64,000 bases of DNA from Candidatus Latescibacterota bacterium (GTDB lineage Bacteria > Latescibacterota > CBDEFO01), in the NCBI GenBank assembly GCA_965248755.1, contig OZ252149.1:864001-928000 (forward strand), read 5' to 3'. Of this stretch, positions 38,553 to 49,492 are shown one piece after another. Made by a program: the position numbers and the translations under genes. The notes under the pieces are model-generated. The model saw only the letters and a list, made by a program, of their open reading frames with translations, had not been told where the DNA came from and did not search any database. Position 1 is the first letter of the stretch, and every line of letters begins with the position of its first letter.

Positions 38553-41093
38553 ATGTCAGATAAAGAAGCCACAGCCCGAATCAAGATCAACAAACTGCTT
38601 GAAGCGGCAGGCTGGCGCTTCTTTCCGGAAGGGAGCACGCTCGCCAACATCCGCCTCGAACCCAGCGTTACGATCAAATCATCAGATCTGGATGCCCTTG
38701 GCGACAACTTCGAGAAGACCAGCAAGGGCTTCATCGACTTCCTGCTGCTCGACACAAAAGGTTTCCCGCTCATAGTCCTTGAGGCCAAATCGGAGGACAA
38801 AAACCCACTCGTCGGCAAGGAGCAGGCCCGCAAATACGCCAAGTCCAAGAACTGCCGTTTCGTTATCCTCTCCAACGGCAACCTGCACTACTTCTGGGAC
38901 TTGGAGCGCGGCAACCCCTACGTCATCACGTCCTTCCCTGCGTCGGACTCGGTGATCGGCTACCAGCAGGTCTCGCCCAACCCGCGACGCCTGGTCGAGG
39001 ACCAGGTCGGCGACGACTACATCGTGCTGACCCAGCGCCCGAACTACCAATCCGAAGCGGCGTGGCGAAACGAGGGGGAGCGTCCCGGCTACATCCAGGC
39101 CAACAAACTGTGTTTCTTGCGGCCCTATCAGTTGAAGGCCATTCACGCCCTGCAACGAGCCGTGAAGAACGGCAAGGACCGCTTCCTGTTCGAGATGGCC
39201 ACCGGCACCGGCAAGACCCTCACGGCCGGCGCCGTCATCAAACTATTCCTGCGCTCGGGCAACGCCCGGCGTGTCCTCTTTTTAGTTGATCGTCTTGAAC
39301 TGGAGGATCAGGCCAGGAAGGTCTTTGCGACGCTCCTGTCCGCCGACTTTCAGACGGTGATCTACAAGGAGAACCGTGACGACTGGCGGCGGGCGGAAAT
39401 CGTCGTTACCACGGTGCAGTCGCTGCTCTTCAACAATAAGTACCAGCGACTCTTTTCGCCGACCGATTTCGATCTGGTCATTTCGGACGAAGCCCACCGC
39501 TCCATCGGCGGCAACGCCCGCTCTGTCTTCGAGTACTTCATCGGTTACAAGCTCGGCCTCACCGCCACGCCTCGGGACTACCTCAAGAGATTCGACAAAG
39601 CCAACCGCACCACTCGGGACCCGCGCGAATTCGAGCGCCGTCTGCTACTCGACACTTACCGCACTTTTGGCTGCGAAGATAGCCAGCCCACCTTCCGCTA
39701 CTCGCTGCTTGATGGCGTGAAGGATGGCTACCTCGTCAACCCCACTATCGTGGATGCCCGCACCGAAATCACCACCGAACTGCTCTCCGAAGACGGCTTC
39801 GTAGTCACCTTGACCGACGACACGGGCGAAGACCAACTGGAGGCCTTCAAGCAGCGGGAGTTCGAGAAGCGCTTTTTCGCCGAGGCTACTAACCAGCTTC
39901 TCTGCAAGACCTTCCTGGAGAATGCCCTCCGCGATCCGGTGAGCGGCGAGATCGGCAAGTCCATCATCTTTGCCGTCAGTCAGAACCACGCCGCGAAGCT
40001 GGCGCAGGTCCTCAACCAGATGGCCGACCGCATGTTTCCCGGCAAGTACCAATCCGACTTTGCCGTGCAGGTCACCTCGCAGATCCCCGACGCCCAGCAG
40101 TTCAGCATCAACTTCAGCAACAATAACCTGCTCGGCTCCGCTAACTTCCTGCCCGCCTACAAGACCAGCAGGGCGCGCGTCTGCGTGACGGTCGGCATGA
40201 TGACCACGGGCTACGACTGCACCGACATCCTGAATCTCGGCCTCTTCCGTCCGATCTTCTCGCCGACGGACTTCATCCAGATCAAGGGGCGCGGGACCCG
40301 CAAGCACAACTTCCTTGAACAGCTTTTCGATGACAGTCTCAAGGACGGCGTCTCGCAGCCACAAAAGAACGCCTTCAAACTATTCGACTTCTTCGCCAAC
40401 TGCGAGTACTTCGAGGAAGACTACAACTACGACGAGGTGATCAAACTTCCAAAGCCCAAGGGCAAAGGCGGGGAGGGAGGAGGAGGCGGAGGGCCGGAGG
40501 TAGCCGGCGGCACCTACGAGCACTTGGGCGCCGACATCCTCTCCATGGTCAAGGAGGAGACCATCGGCTTCGAGGGGATGAAGATCGACCGGATGTTCTT
40601 CGAGAAATTCCAGGACACTGTGCGCGAAAACGAAACCATTGTTGCCGCTGTCGAAGCCGGTCAATGGGACCGCGTCATCAACTACGTGAACCGCGAGGTC
40701 TTCAACAAGCCCGAGGAGTACTACACCCTCGGCAAGTTACGCAAGGCCGCCTCCGTCGATCGCCGCCTGAGCCTACGCGAAATTCTGGAGAAGATCTTCG
40801 GCCTTATCCCGCGCTTCAAGTCCAAGGAGGAGCTACTGGAAGAGGAGTTCGCCAAGTTCGTCGCCGACTACAAACCGCAGCAGGCCACCATCATTCCAGC
40901 GTTGAAAAACTTCTTCAAGGCCTATGCTACCAACGGCCAGCTCCGCGACATTATGGAGACTAGGAAGTTCGCCACGCTTTACACAACTTCCTCTTTCACC
41001 GCAGCCGACCTCAAAGCCGTGCCGTCCAAATACCGCACCCTCATTCCTGAATACATCAAGGACTATGTGTCCCTTAACCAATTCGCCGCTTAG
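38553..41093 (+). CDS. hsdR: Type I-like restriction enzyme R subunit (nuclease plus SF2 helicase)
   Basis: IDF...LEAK nuclease, LRPYQ, MATGTGKT, DEAHRS, GLTATP, TTGYD, QIKGRGTR. Confidence 0.9.
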   Translation: MSDKEATARIKINKLLEAAGWRFFPEGSTLANIRLEPSVTIKSSDLDALGDNFEKTSKGFIDFLLLDTKGFPLIVLEAKSEDKNPLVGKEQARKYAKSKNCRFVILSNGNLHYFWDLERGNPYVITSFPASDSVIGYQQVSPNPRRLVEDQVGDDYIVLTQRPNYQSEAAWRNEGERPGYIQANKLCFLRPYQLKAIHALQRAVKNGKDRFLFEMATGTGKTLTAGAVIKLFLRSGNARRVLFLVDRLELEDQARKVFATLLSADFQTVIYKENRDDWRRAEIVVTTVQSLLFNNKYQRLFSPTDFDLVISDEAHRSIGGNARSVFEYFIGYKLGLTATPRDYLKRFDKANRTTRDPREFERRLLLDTYRTFGCEDSQPTFRYSLLDGVKDGYLVNPTIVDARTEITTELLSEDGFVVTLTDDTGEDQLEAFKQREFEKRFFAEATNQLLCKTFLENALRDPVSGEIGKSIIFAVSQNHAAKLAQVLNQMADRMFPGKYQSDFAVQVTSQIPDAQQFSINFSNNNLLGSANFLPAYKTSRARVCVTVGMMTTGYDCTDILNLGLFRPIFSPTDFIQIKGRGTRKHNFLEQLFDDSLKDGVSQPQKNAFKLFDFFANCEYFEEDYNYDEVIKLPKPKGKGGEGGGGGGPEVAGGTYEHLGADILSMVKEETIGFEGMKIDRMFFEKFQDTVRENETIVAAVEAGQWDRVINYVNREVFNKPEEYYTLGKLRKAASVDRRLSLREILEKIFGLIPRFKSKEELLEEEFAKFVADYKPQQATIIPALKNFFKAYATNGQLRDIMETRKFATLYTTSSFTAADLKAVPSKYRTLIPEYIKDYVSLNQFAA

Positions 41094-41101
41094 GAGTCAC
41101 C

Positions 41102-43555
41102 ATGCTCGACACCGACACCAAACGCCGCATAGACACCGCCCGCGACATCCTCGTCGGCAAGGTGCCCGATCCGAAATCCCAGGTCGAGCAGATCACCATC
41201 GCCCTCATCTATAAGTTCATGGACGACATGGACGCAGGGTCCGAGGAAATGGACGGGGAGCGCACATTTTTCTCCGGCGATTTCGCCCGATACGGCTGGG
41301 CCAAACTCATGCGATCCGGCCTCGGCGGATATGATGTTAGGGATCTCTATGACGAAGCGCTCAAGCGGATGCCTCAAAATGAGGGCCTTCCAAAGCTATT
41401 TCGGCAAATATTCAGTGACGCCAGTCTGCCTTACCGCGACCCCGAAACGCTAAAGATGTTCCTCAAGATCATCGACGAGTTCGAGTACGATCACTCCGAA
41501 CGCCTCGGCGACGCCTTCGAGTATCTGCTCTCAGTCCTCGGTTCCCAGGGCGACGCCGGGCAGTTCCGCACGCCGCGCCACATCATTGATTTCATCGTTG
41601 CGGTCGTTGATCCGAAGAAGAACGAGACCGTTCTCGACCCCGCCTGCGGCACGGCCGGGTTCCTGATCTCGGCGTACAAACACATTCTTCGCGCCAACAC
41701 CGACGCCAGGGGGAACTCCGCCCTGACGCCAGACGACAAGGGCCGCCTCGCCAGCAACTTCAAGGGCTACGACATCTCGCCCGACATGGTGCGCCTGTCT
41801 CTGGTGAACCTCTACCTGCACGGCTTCACGGACCCGCACATCCACGAGTACGACACCCTCACCTCCGAGGACAAGTGGAACGAATACGCCGATGTGATCC
41901 TCGCCAATCCGCCCTTCATGTCTCCGAAAGGGGGCATCAAGCCGCACAAGCGCTTTTCCGTGCAATCCAAGCGCAGCGAGGTGCTGTTCGTGGACTACAT
42001 GGCCGAGCACCTGACACCCGGCGGCCGCGCCGGCATCATCGTGCCCGAGGGTATCATCTTTTCGAGCCAGACCGCGTACAAACAGCTCCGACAGATGCTG
42101 GTGGATGATTATCTCGTCGCCGTCGTCTCGTTGCCGGCCGGCGTGTTCAATCCCTATTCTGGCGTCAAGACCTCGATCCTGATACTCGACAAATCGCTGG
42201 CGAAGCAGAGCGACACGATCGCCTTCTTCAAGGTTGAGAACGACGGCTTCGATCTGGGCGCCCAGCGCCGCCCCATCGACAAGAACGACCTGCCACAGGT
42301 CGCCGCCGAGATAGAAGATTACCTCGGCAAACTTCGCGCCCGCGAATCCGTCGAGGACCTCAAGGCCACGCTCGACCTGATCGTGGAGAAGGAGAAGGTC
42401 GCGGCGAATGGCGACAACAACCTGAGTGGGGAACGGTATCGAGAGAATGGGGCACGCAAGTCAACGTATACTCTGAGGAAATTCGAGGACGTGTGCACGC
42501 TGGAGTATGGAGCAAGCCTTCCAAAGGCTAAACGCATTGAAGGACCGTACCCAGTAGTTGGTTCAAATGGGGTCACTGGTTACCACAACGAGTTTCTTGT
42601 GGAAGGCCCAGCCATCATAATTGGGAGAAAGGGTTCGGCAGGGGAGGTCACATGGATTCCAGAGAGCTGCTTTCCTATTGATACGACCTATTGGGTCAAA
42701 CAAGCAAAACCAGAAGAGTCGCTTATGGCCTATCTCTACTGGGTATTGAAAACTTTAGGTCTCCCGGCTCTCAGGGGTGGCGCCGGAATACCGGGGCTCA
42801 ACCGGAGCGATGTCTACAACACGCACAAAATCCCGCTTCCCCCGCTGGAGGTGCAGAAGGAGATCGTGGTGGAGATCGAGGGCTACCAGAAAGTCATCAA
42901 CGGCGCCCGCGCCGTTCTCGACAACTACCGCCCCCACATTCCCATCCACCCCGACTGGCCGATGGTGGCGTTGGGGAAAGCCTGTATCGTGAACCCCCGC
43001 AAGTCTGAGGTGACTGACATTGAAGGCACAACGGTTGTGTCATTCGTACCAATGTCCGACATCGGCGAGCATGAGATGTTCTTCGAACTAAAAGAAACGA
43101 AGCGCCTGGACGAAGTTGCCACGAGTTACACATACTTCAAGGATGGTGATGTCCTTCTCGCGAAGGTAACACCTTGTTTTGAGAACGGAAAGGCTGGCAT
43201 TGCTAGGAGGTTGCGCAATGGTATCGGCTTCGGCTCAAGTGAGTTCTATGTTTTAAGACCTACGGACGCTGTCCTCCCCGAGTGGGTCTTCATGTGTTCT
43301 GCAACCCTAGCATTTCGGGCGTGGGTCACGCCACAAATGACGGGAACCGGCGGTTTGCAACGTGTCCCACGAGCGGTCGTAGAGAGCTATCATATCCCCC
43401 TCCCGCCCCTCGCCACGCAGCAAGCCATCGTTGCCGAGGTCGAAGCCGAGCAAGCCCTCGTCGCCGCCAACCGCGAACTGATCGACCGCTTCGAGAAGAA
43501 GATCCAGGCCACCATCGCCCGCGTCTGGGGCGAAGCCGAATCCGTAGATCGTTGA
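41102..43555 (+). CDS. N6-adenine methyltransferase fused to specificity subunit (HsdM-HsdS)
   Basis: GQFRTP, DPACGTAGFL, NPPF, then two TRDs each ending IPLPPL..Q..IV. Confidence 0.9.
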   Translation: MLDTDTKRRIDTARDILVGKVPDPKSQVEQITIALIYKFMDDMDAGSEEMDGERTFFSGDFARYGWAKLMRSGLGGYDVRDLYDEALKRMPQNEGLPKLFRQIFSDASLPYRDPETLKMFLKIIDEFEYDHSERLGDAFEYLLSVLGSQGDAGQFRTPRHIIDFIVAVVDPKKNETVLDPACGTAGFLISAYKHILRANTDARGNSALTPDDKGRLASNFKGYDISPDMVRLSLVNLYLHGFTDPHIHEYDTLTSEDKWNEYADVILANPPFMSPKGGIKPHKRFSVQSKRSEVLFVDYMAEHLTPGGRAGIIVPEGIIFSSQTAYKQLRQMLVDDYLVAVVSLPAGVFNPYSGVKTSILILDKSLAKQSDTIAFFKVENDGFDLGAQRRPIDKNDLPQVAAEIEDYLGKLRARESVEDLKATLDLIVEKEKVAANGDNNLSGERYRENGARKSTYTLRKFEDVCTLEYGASLPKAKRIEGPYPVVGSNGVTGYHNEFLVEGPAIIIGRKGSAGEVTWIPESCFPIDTTYWVKQAKPEESLMAYLYWVLKTLGLPALRGGAGIPGLNRSDVYNTHKIPLPPLEVQKEIVVEIEGYQKVINGARAVLDNYRPHIPIHPDWPMVALGKACIVNPRKSEVTDIEGTTVVSFVPMSDIGEHEMFFELKETKRLDEVATSYTYFKDGDVLLAKVTPCFENGKAGIARRLRNGIGFGSSEFYVLRPTDAVLPEWVFMCSATLAFRAWVTPQMTGTGGLQRVPRAVVESYHIPLPPLATQQAIVAEVEAEQALVAANRELIDRFEKKIQATIARVWGEAESVDR

Positions 43556-43696
43556 GACTATCACCAAATAATATCCGAGACTTCATCCACACATCAACTA
43601 TCTTTTTGGTTAAATGTGGGCCGTGGGAAGAGAACTAAATAGTGGAATGTTTTGCCCAGATTGTGGCACAAACAGAAGAATTAGGAGGAGCAAATC

Positions 43697-45034
43697 ATGT
43701 CCGAGTACCCCAGCGTTACCCGTTCCCTGGAAATCTACAAACGTGCAGGCGAACTTATCCCCGGCTGGACTCAACTTATCAGCCGCAGGGCCAGTCGGTT
43801 TGCTGACGGCATCAGCCCCATCTATGCTAAACAGGCCAAAGGTTCCCGTTTTATCGATGTAGATGGAAATGAATACATCGATTGGATCAACGCAGTCGGA
43901 GCGATCATCCTTGGCCACGCCGACGATGTGGTAGATCGGGCAGTCAAAGAGCAGATAGCCTGCGGTAGTATTTACACCTTAAATAGTCCCCTGGAGATTG
44001 AACTGGCCGAGGAACTGATCGATACCATCCCCAGTACCGAGATGGTCCGGTACACCAAAGGAGGTGGCGAAGCCTGTGCAGTGGCTGCTCGCATTGCCCG
44101 GGGGACAACGGGCAGAGACAAGATCTTATTCTGCGGCTACCACGGGTGGCACGACTGGTATCAAGCGGCAAACTACTTGGTCGATCCCGAAACCGGCGAA
44201 TTTCCATTTGCGGGGATTGAGCCAATCGGTGTGCCGAAGGTGCTGGCCGGCACCGCCATTCCCTTTAGCTATGGGGACCTGGCTATGCTGGAGCATCTGT
44301 TAGAAGAGCATCGGGGTGAAGTAGCTGCGATAATGATGGAACCGGCCCGCTCCGAGCTGCCGGAGCCGGGGTATCTGGAAGGGGTCAAAGAACTTGCCAG
44401 AGCGCATGACGTGATTCTGATCTTTGATGAGGTCTCCTGTGGCTGGCGGCTCTCGATCGGAGGTGTGCAAGCGTACGTTGGTGTTATCCCGGATATCACG
44501 GTTGTCGCCAAGGCCATGTCTAACGGCTACGCGATGGGCGCCGTGGTTGGCTCACGGGCGGTGATGGAGCCGGCCAAGCGCATGTTTATCTCAAGCTCCT
44601 ATTGGAGCGACAACATCGGCCTAATTGCTGCCCTTACCACCATTAGAGAACTGAAGCGGCGCGATTCTGAGGCTCGCTTTTTAGAAATCGGCCAAAAATT
44701 GCGCGCGAGCATAAACCAGGCTATCGCCGACGCCGGCCTCTCCGGGGCCTGTACTGGCTTCCACACGGACCTGGCCATCACTCTGGATCTTCCTGACAAA
44801 GCGCTGCACCCCAAGGTTTCAACGCTATTCATCCAGGAAATGGCCAAGAGGGGCGTTCATCTCTCTATGGGGTTCAAGCCGACCCTGGCCCACAATGAAG
44901 AAGATATCCGCCTGACGGCTGAGGCGGCAACCGAAGCCTTAACTGTGATCAAGTCCGGACTGGAAACTGGGGATGTTGAGGGTCTGTTAGCTGGTGATAC
45001 CAAGAAGGAACCGTTTCGCCGGCTTGTCCGATAG
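43697..45034 (+). CDS. Class III aminotransferase (GSA aminomutase-like)
   Basis: DVDGNEYID, GYHGWHDW, IFDEV, AKAMSNG. Confidence 0.9.
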   Translation: MSEYPSVTRSLEIYKRAGELIPGWTQLISRRASRFADGISPIYAKQAKGSRFIDVDGNEYIDWINAVGAIILGHADDVVDRAVKEQIACGSIYTLNSPLEIELAEELIDTIPSTEMVRYTKGGGEACAVAARIARGTTGRDKILFCGYHGWHDWYQAANYLVDPETGEFPFAGIEPIGVPKVLAGTAIPFSYGDLAMLEHLLEEHRGEVAAIMMEPARSELPEPGYLEGVKELARAHDVILIFDEVSCGWRLSIGGVQAYVGVIPDITVVAKAMSNGYAMGAVVGSRAVMEPAKRMFISSSYWSDNIGLIAALTTIRELKRRDSEARFLEIGQKLRASINQAIADAGLSGACTGFHTDLAITLDLPDKALHPKVSTLFIQEMAKRGVHLSMGFKPTLAHNEEDIRLTAEAATEALTVIKSGLETGDVEGLLAGDTKKEPFRRLVR

Positions 45035-45093
45035 CTAAATAAGTGGAGAGCAAACAGTAGGCATACTACAGGGATGAGCGGCGTAGTCCTTGT

Positions 45094-45149
45094 CCCCGAC
45101 TGAATCTATCGGGAATTGAGGACATCCTTCGCCCCGATTAAATCAGGGG
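45094..45149. repeat. Two palindrome-family copies (45094-45114; shortened variant 45132-45149)
   Basis: CCCCGACTGAATCTATCGGGA and CCCCGATTAAATCAGGGG. Confidence 0.75.
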
Positions 45150-45189
45150 AAAGATGCCGCAGAACACTCTCCAACGGAGGAGGAGTATC

Positions 45190-45993
45190 ATGAACAGCAC
45201 TGAACGAAATATCCTGGAGCTCTTTAGCTTGCAAGGCAAAGTTGCCATAGTGACAGGGGCATGTGGCTGGCTGGGGTCGGCCATGAGCCGAGCCCTGGCC
45301 GAGGCTGGCGCCCGGGTAGTGGTCAGCAGCCGTGACGCGGAACAGGCGGTTCAGTTTGCAGCCACCCTACCCGGCAGCGGCCACCTCGGGTTGGGTTTCA
45401 GTCAAGGCGATACCGACACTATCCCTGATTTCGCAGGCGAGGTGGTGCAACGAATGGGCCAGCTCGATGTGCTTGTCAACAACGCCTACGGCGGCGGAGC
45501 ACCGGACATTGACACAGTCACGGCGGAGGATTTTAATCAGACGTATCATATAGGTGTCACGGCCTATTTCCTGCTGGCGCGAGAAGTGATGTTCCATCTG
45601 CGAAAGCGGCAGGCATCAGGTTCAATTATCAATATCGCAAGTATGTACGGCGTCGTGGCAAGTTATCCCACCGCTTATGAAGGACTATCGGTCAACAGTC
45701 CAGCCAGCTACCATGCCCTCAAGGGCAGTCTGGTCCATTTGACCCGTCATCTGGCGGCTTATTGGGCAAAGTATAATATCCGGGTCAACGCCATCAGCCC
45801 AGGTCCGTTTCCAAAGCCGGAAACGGTTGAAAAGTTCCCTGGTTTCGTCCCTCGGCTGGAAGAGAAGGTGCCGCTGGGCCGTATGGGACGACCGGAGGAA
45901 CTGAAAGGCGCTCTACTGTTGATGGCCAGTGATGCCGGAAGCTATATCACGGGCCAGAATCTTTTGGTCGATGGAGGGTGGACTGCCTGGTGA
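45190..45993 (+). CDS. SDR-family oxidoreductase
   Basis: TGACGWLG, NNA, ASMYG, YHALK, NAISPG, DGG; start placed after GGAGGAG. Confidence 0.92.
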   Translation: MNSTERNILELFSLQGKVAIVTGACGWLGSAMSRALAEAGARVVVSSRDAEQAVQFAATLPGSGHLGLGFSQGDTDTIPDFAGEVVQRMGQLDVLVNNAYGGGAPDIDTVTAEDFNQTYHIGVTAYFLLAREVMFHLRKRQASGSIINIASMYGVVASYPTAYEGLSVNSPASYHALKGSLVHLTRHLAAYWAKYNIRVNAISPGPFPKPETVEKFPGFVPRLEEKVPLGRMGRPEELKGALLLMASDAGSYITGQNLLVDGGWTAW

Positions 45994-46223
45994 GGGCACT
46001 GTGTGCGTTGCCGCAGCGTTTCTAACAGGGGACGAAGTGCGAAGAAAGTGGCCGGGCCGCGCCGTAAGGCGTTGCAGGGAGAGACGTGTTGCCATATTAT
46101 CTGGCACTATCATCGTTATGTGGACAAAAATGTTACCTATAGGTGAGCCGTGATTACCTGAGAAAGGAGCATCGCCACGAATGCAACAAGCTCCTGATTC
46201 CATTGTCTAGATAGCAGACGTAG

Positions 46224-46270
46224 GAAGACCAATGCCTCGGCTCTGTTAGGGAACCGAGGCATTGGTCTTC
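46224..46270. terminator. Perfect 17-bp stem hairpin, likely terminator between convergent genes
   Basis: GAAGACCAATGCCTCGG ... CCGAGGCATTGGTCTTC, 18 bp after the peptidase stop. Confidence 0.7.
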
Positions 46271-46288
46271 GTTAACGTTACTATTGAC

Positions 46289-49200
46289 CTAACGCATCAG
46301 CATCAGCTTCCGCGTAGATACCTGTCCATTCGCCTTTAGTCTGGCTATATACATCCCGCTTCCCACTAACTGGCCGCGATCGTCGTGTCCATTCCAGACT
46401 ACTGAATGGGCACCAGGGCCAAACACTACATCGTCCAACAGTGTCCGCATCGACTGTCCCAGCAAGTTATAAATCACCATCGACACATGGTCTGTCAGAG
46501 GTAACTCGAAGCGGATCGTGGTGGTGGGATTGGCTGGATTGGGAAAAGAACTCAGCGATACAACTGGCTCAGCATTCTTTGCTCCACCTTGCACGAGTGT
46601 CCGCCCTGCAAGCTTGGCCTTCACCATCATCGTCTCTGTCCAGTCAGGATAGGTAGCAGCAATCTGGGAGAAAATCTCAGTGGCTCCATTATAGTCGTTG
46701 TAGGTATAGTCTAGAAGGAATGCCTTCTCCAGCAAGGCATACGGTACGTAGGGAGAGGTTGGATGATCCCTAAGAATCTGATCTATCCTCGACAGTGCCT
46801 CGGCTGGTCTCCCCTGTGAGACAAGTCCACTGATAGAGACATATAGTGCTGCTGCTTTGCCCTCCGTTCCACTTTGATTCTGGAGGCTGTTGAGATAGGA
46901 CAGGGCTTCTTCTACCTCGTCAGCGGTCTGGGACGCAAACATGACCCAGTGGATAGCCGTCCGGGTTTCTTGCTGGGAAGTGGAGGATGCAATGATGGTC
47001 TTGAAGTCGGCCTTCGCGCCGGAGCGATCTCCTGACCTCAGCTTCTCCTGTGCCACCGCGATGGGACTCGTGTCAACCACGATCTTTGCAGGCGTAGATC
47101 GGGAACCAGCAGTTTGCACTGAAAACGGAGGATCCACACCGTGAAACACCACTGGATCTCGGAGGGGACCGCTACTCCCACTGACATATCCCCAAAAGTT
47201 CCCCTGCGCGTTGATGCTACTATTGACATCAGAGGCTGCATAAACGTCGTACACTGAGTTATGTGGAGAAGGATAGGAGAAGTTATTGTTATTATACAAC
47301 CAAGGAACACCCTGGTTTACACAATATACCCCATATGAACTGTCATAGATGTCACAGGAAGGAAAAACATCAAGAAAGTCGTTGTTGACGTGGATGCCGT
47401 AGTATGCCCCCTGGAAGCTACAATTATCTAATCTAGGCGTTGATGATCCTCCAGAGACGTAGATGCCAGCGCTGCCCGAAAATGTGCCTCCCTGGAAATC
47501 ACAGTTGCGAAAGACAATCGAGCTGCCGCTGTTGATTACCTCTACGGCGTTGACAAGATCAGAACCTATCGTGATGTTCTCAATCAGGATATCACTGTCC
47601 CCATATATGATCACACCTACTCCGTTAGAGGGACCCGTGATCGTCACAGTTCCTGACCCCTTCTTCAGATCCACTTTGCTTTTCATATTCACACTACCCT
47701 GGTCGTACGTGCCACTTGCTATTGATACGAGCACTCTTGTACCTGCTGCCTCAGGCCAAGCATTAAGTACTGCTATATTAATATTGGTGTAGTATGCAGG
47801 GACATAAATGGTTCTTGGACTTATTTCTTTATTCGAGAATGCATCAAGGATTTTCGTATCGTTGGGAGTGCCGTTTGACAGGTTGGCATCGTTGTCATCT
47901 GCAAGCAACATGTTCTCACAGAACTCCACGAAGGTATCTGGACGGGGAGTGATCTCCATCGCCTCTACCCAAAGAGCGTCGGTTGTAGATTGTCCGAGTT
48001 GCTCTCTTAAATCCCACACAGCCCCTCCGATTATCAGACCGTTGGAGTGTGGAGGACCTGATCCAGTGGTCTCAAAATCTGCATATGTTTTGGTGTTATT
48101 AAGATCGCGAGAATTATAAGGAGGAACGTTTTCCCCCTGTTGTGAATCGTTGTTGATAGTGCAAGCTGCGTAGTCAGCAAATCCCTCGTCCATAGCCCTA
48201 CCTTCACTATAACTACCTGTGCCAATTGATTGCCAGCCGTAGATATCGAATATAAACTCGTGCCCATACTCGTGGTATATAACATCACTTGTTAGAGAGG
48301 CAACGCAGTTTTTACCAAGCTTTATTATCTTGGTAGTAGATGCACTAGCGCAGCTTTGCATGTTAAAATCTACGTGTGCAGTAACTTTGAAGTTGATTGT
48401 TCTATAACTATTCCAATGATCGCGAGCAAAATTGATGTGGTAAAAGGTAGTGTTTTCTTCTATATCCTCATTCCACGTCCAATTATGTTGGATAATAGGG
48501 TTAGGTGTTACAGGTCCTAACTCGTGGAAGGAGTCACTGCCAAGGTCGTCCAAGACTTTTACATACGGACCGTCGAGATAGCTCCTCAGCCAATAGTCTT
48601 GAGAATTTCCGACCCAACTGAGGTCATAATCTCCATTGGTGTTCGTATTCCCAGATTTTACTTCTCCAACAGAATCATCCACCGCAACTTTCTCATGTCG
48701 AAAACCCCTAACTACATCGGCTTCGTTATAATATTTAAGCTTCACGTTACCCTGTACTTTACCGTAGATTTTCCGATCCGCTTCCAATATGGTGCTCCAC
48801 TCCTCAACGACCTTGCCATCAATTGCATCTATGAAATACATCATACCTTTTGAGGGCTTCTCGGAAGATAACCCAAGTTTCCACGTCAGGTGATATTCTA
48901 TTCTGTTATTGGTTTCCTTAGGAAATATAAACAACGCCGGATGATCATCAACGATGACATCCAACGATCCTAATCTTTCCGTTGCTAAAACAACGGCTTC
49001 ATCTTCACTAACTAGCGGCGTGGTTGAGACGTTTATCTGAGGATGGGAATCAGAACCCATAAGAATAACGTTCCAGTTCGGGTCAACTGTGAAACTTACA
49101 TAAGCCTTGTACACCGGAATCCTCTGATGTCTCTGCTGAAATGTAACATACCAATTTCCAGAACCTTGACTCGCCTCCTTAAACTCAAGGTCAGACATAT

Positions 49201-49492
49201 TCACCTTGAGCAGATCTTTGTAATCAGCAATGAAACTTGTACTTATCGCTTCAACATTGCCCTTCTGAAGCGATACAGCACCCGCGAAATACCTATCGAT
49301 CTTGACCCCATGGCTCATTATCCTGTGGGGGCTTTTGGTGATTGGATTCTGAAAAGCAGTAAGCTCGTTGCCATGTATGTCCACCAGCATCTGCCGTTCC
49401 AACCCTCTTTGGGCATAGGAAGGCTTGATAAAAGCAAGGAACAAGACTATGCCCGAGAATACAGACATGTAACTGCAAGTTGAATGTTTTAT
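46289..49492 (-). CDS. Secreted M4/M36-like zinc metallopeptidase with FTP/PepSY propeptide, beta-helix, TPR-like region and FlgD-Ig/T9SS-like C-terminal domain
   Basis: Signal peptide; VTFQQ...IPV; YFIDAIDGKV; HEYGH; DEGFAD; FPNPANPTTTI...IYNLLGQ...WNGHDD. The start codon homologous to the sister copies is ATA. Confidence 0.85.
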   Translation of the reverse strand: MKHSTCSYMSVFSGIVLFLAFIKPSYAQRGLERQMLVDIHGNELTAFQNPITKSPHRIMSHGVKIDRYFAGAVSLQKGNVEAISTSFIADYKDLLKVNMSDLEFKEASQGSGNWYVTFQQRHQRIPVYKAYVSFTVDPNWNVILMGSDSHPQINVSTTPLVSEDEAVVLATERLGSLDVIVDDHPALFIFPKETNNRIEYHLTWKLGLSSEKPSKGMMYFIDAIDGKVVEEWSTILEADRKIYGKVQGNVKLKYYNEADVVRGFRHEKVAVDDSVGEVKSGNTNTNGDYDLSWVGNSQDYWLRSYLDGPYVKVLDDLGSDSFHELGPVTPNPIIQHNWTWNEDIEENTTFYHINFARDHWNSYRTINFKVTAHVDFNMQSCASASTTKIIKLGKNCVASLTSDVIYHEYGHEFIFDIYGWQSIGTGSYSEGRAMDEGFADYAACTINNDSQQGENVPPYNSRDLNNTKTYADFETTGSGPPHSNGLIIGGAVWDLREQLGQSTTDALWVEAMEITPRPDTFVEFCENMLLADDNDANLSNGTPNDTKILDAFSNKEISPRTIYVPAYYTNINIAVLNAWPEAAGTRVLVSIASGTYDQGSVNMKSKVDLKKGSGTVTITGPSNGVGVIIYGDSDILIENITIGSDLVNAVEVINSGSSIVFRNCDFQGGTFSGSAGIYVSGGSSTPRLDNCSFQGAYYGIHVNNDFLDVFPSCDIYDSSYGVYCVNQGVPWLYNNNNFSYPSPHNSVYDVYAASDVNSSINAQGNFWGYVSGSSGPLRDPVVFHGVDPPFSVQTAGSRSTPAKIVVDTSPIAVAQEKLRSGDRSGAKADFKTIIASSTSQQETRTAIHWVMFASQTADEVEEALSYLNSLQNQSGTEGKAAALYVSISGLVSQGRPAEALSRIDQILRDHPTSPYVPYALLEKAFLLDYTYNDYNGATEIFSQIAATYPDWTETMMVKAKLAGRTLVQGGAKNAEPVVSLSSFPNPANPTTTIRFELPLTDHVSMVIYNLLGQSMRTLLDDVVFGPGAHSVVWNGHDDRGQLVGSGMYIARLKANGQVSTRKLMLMR

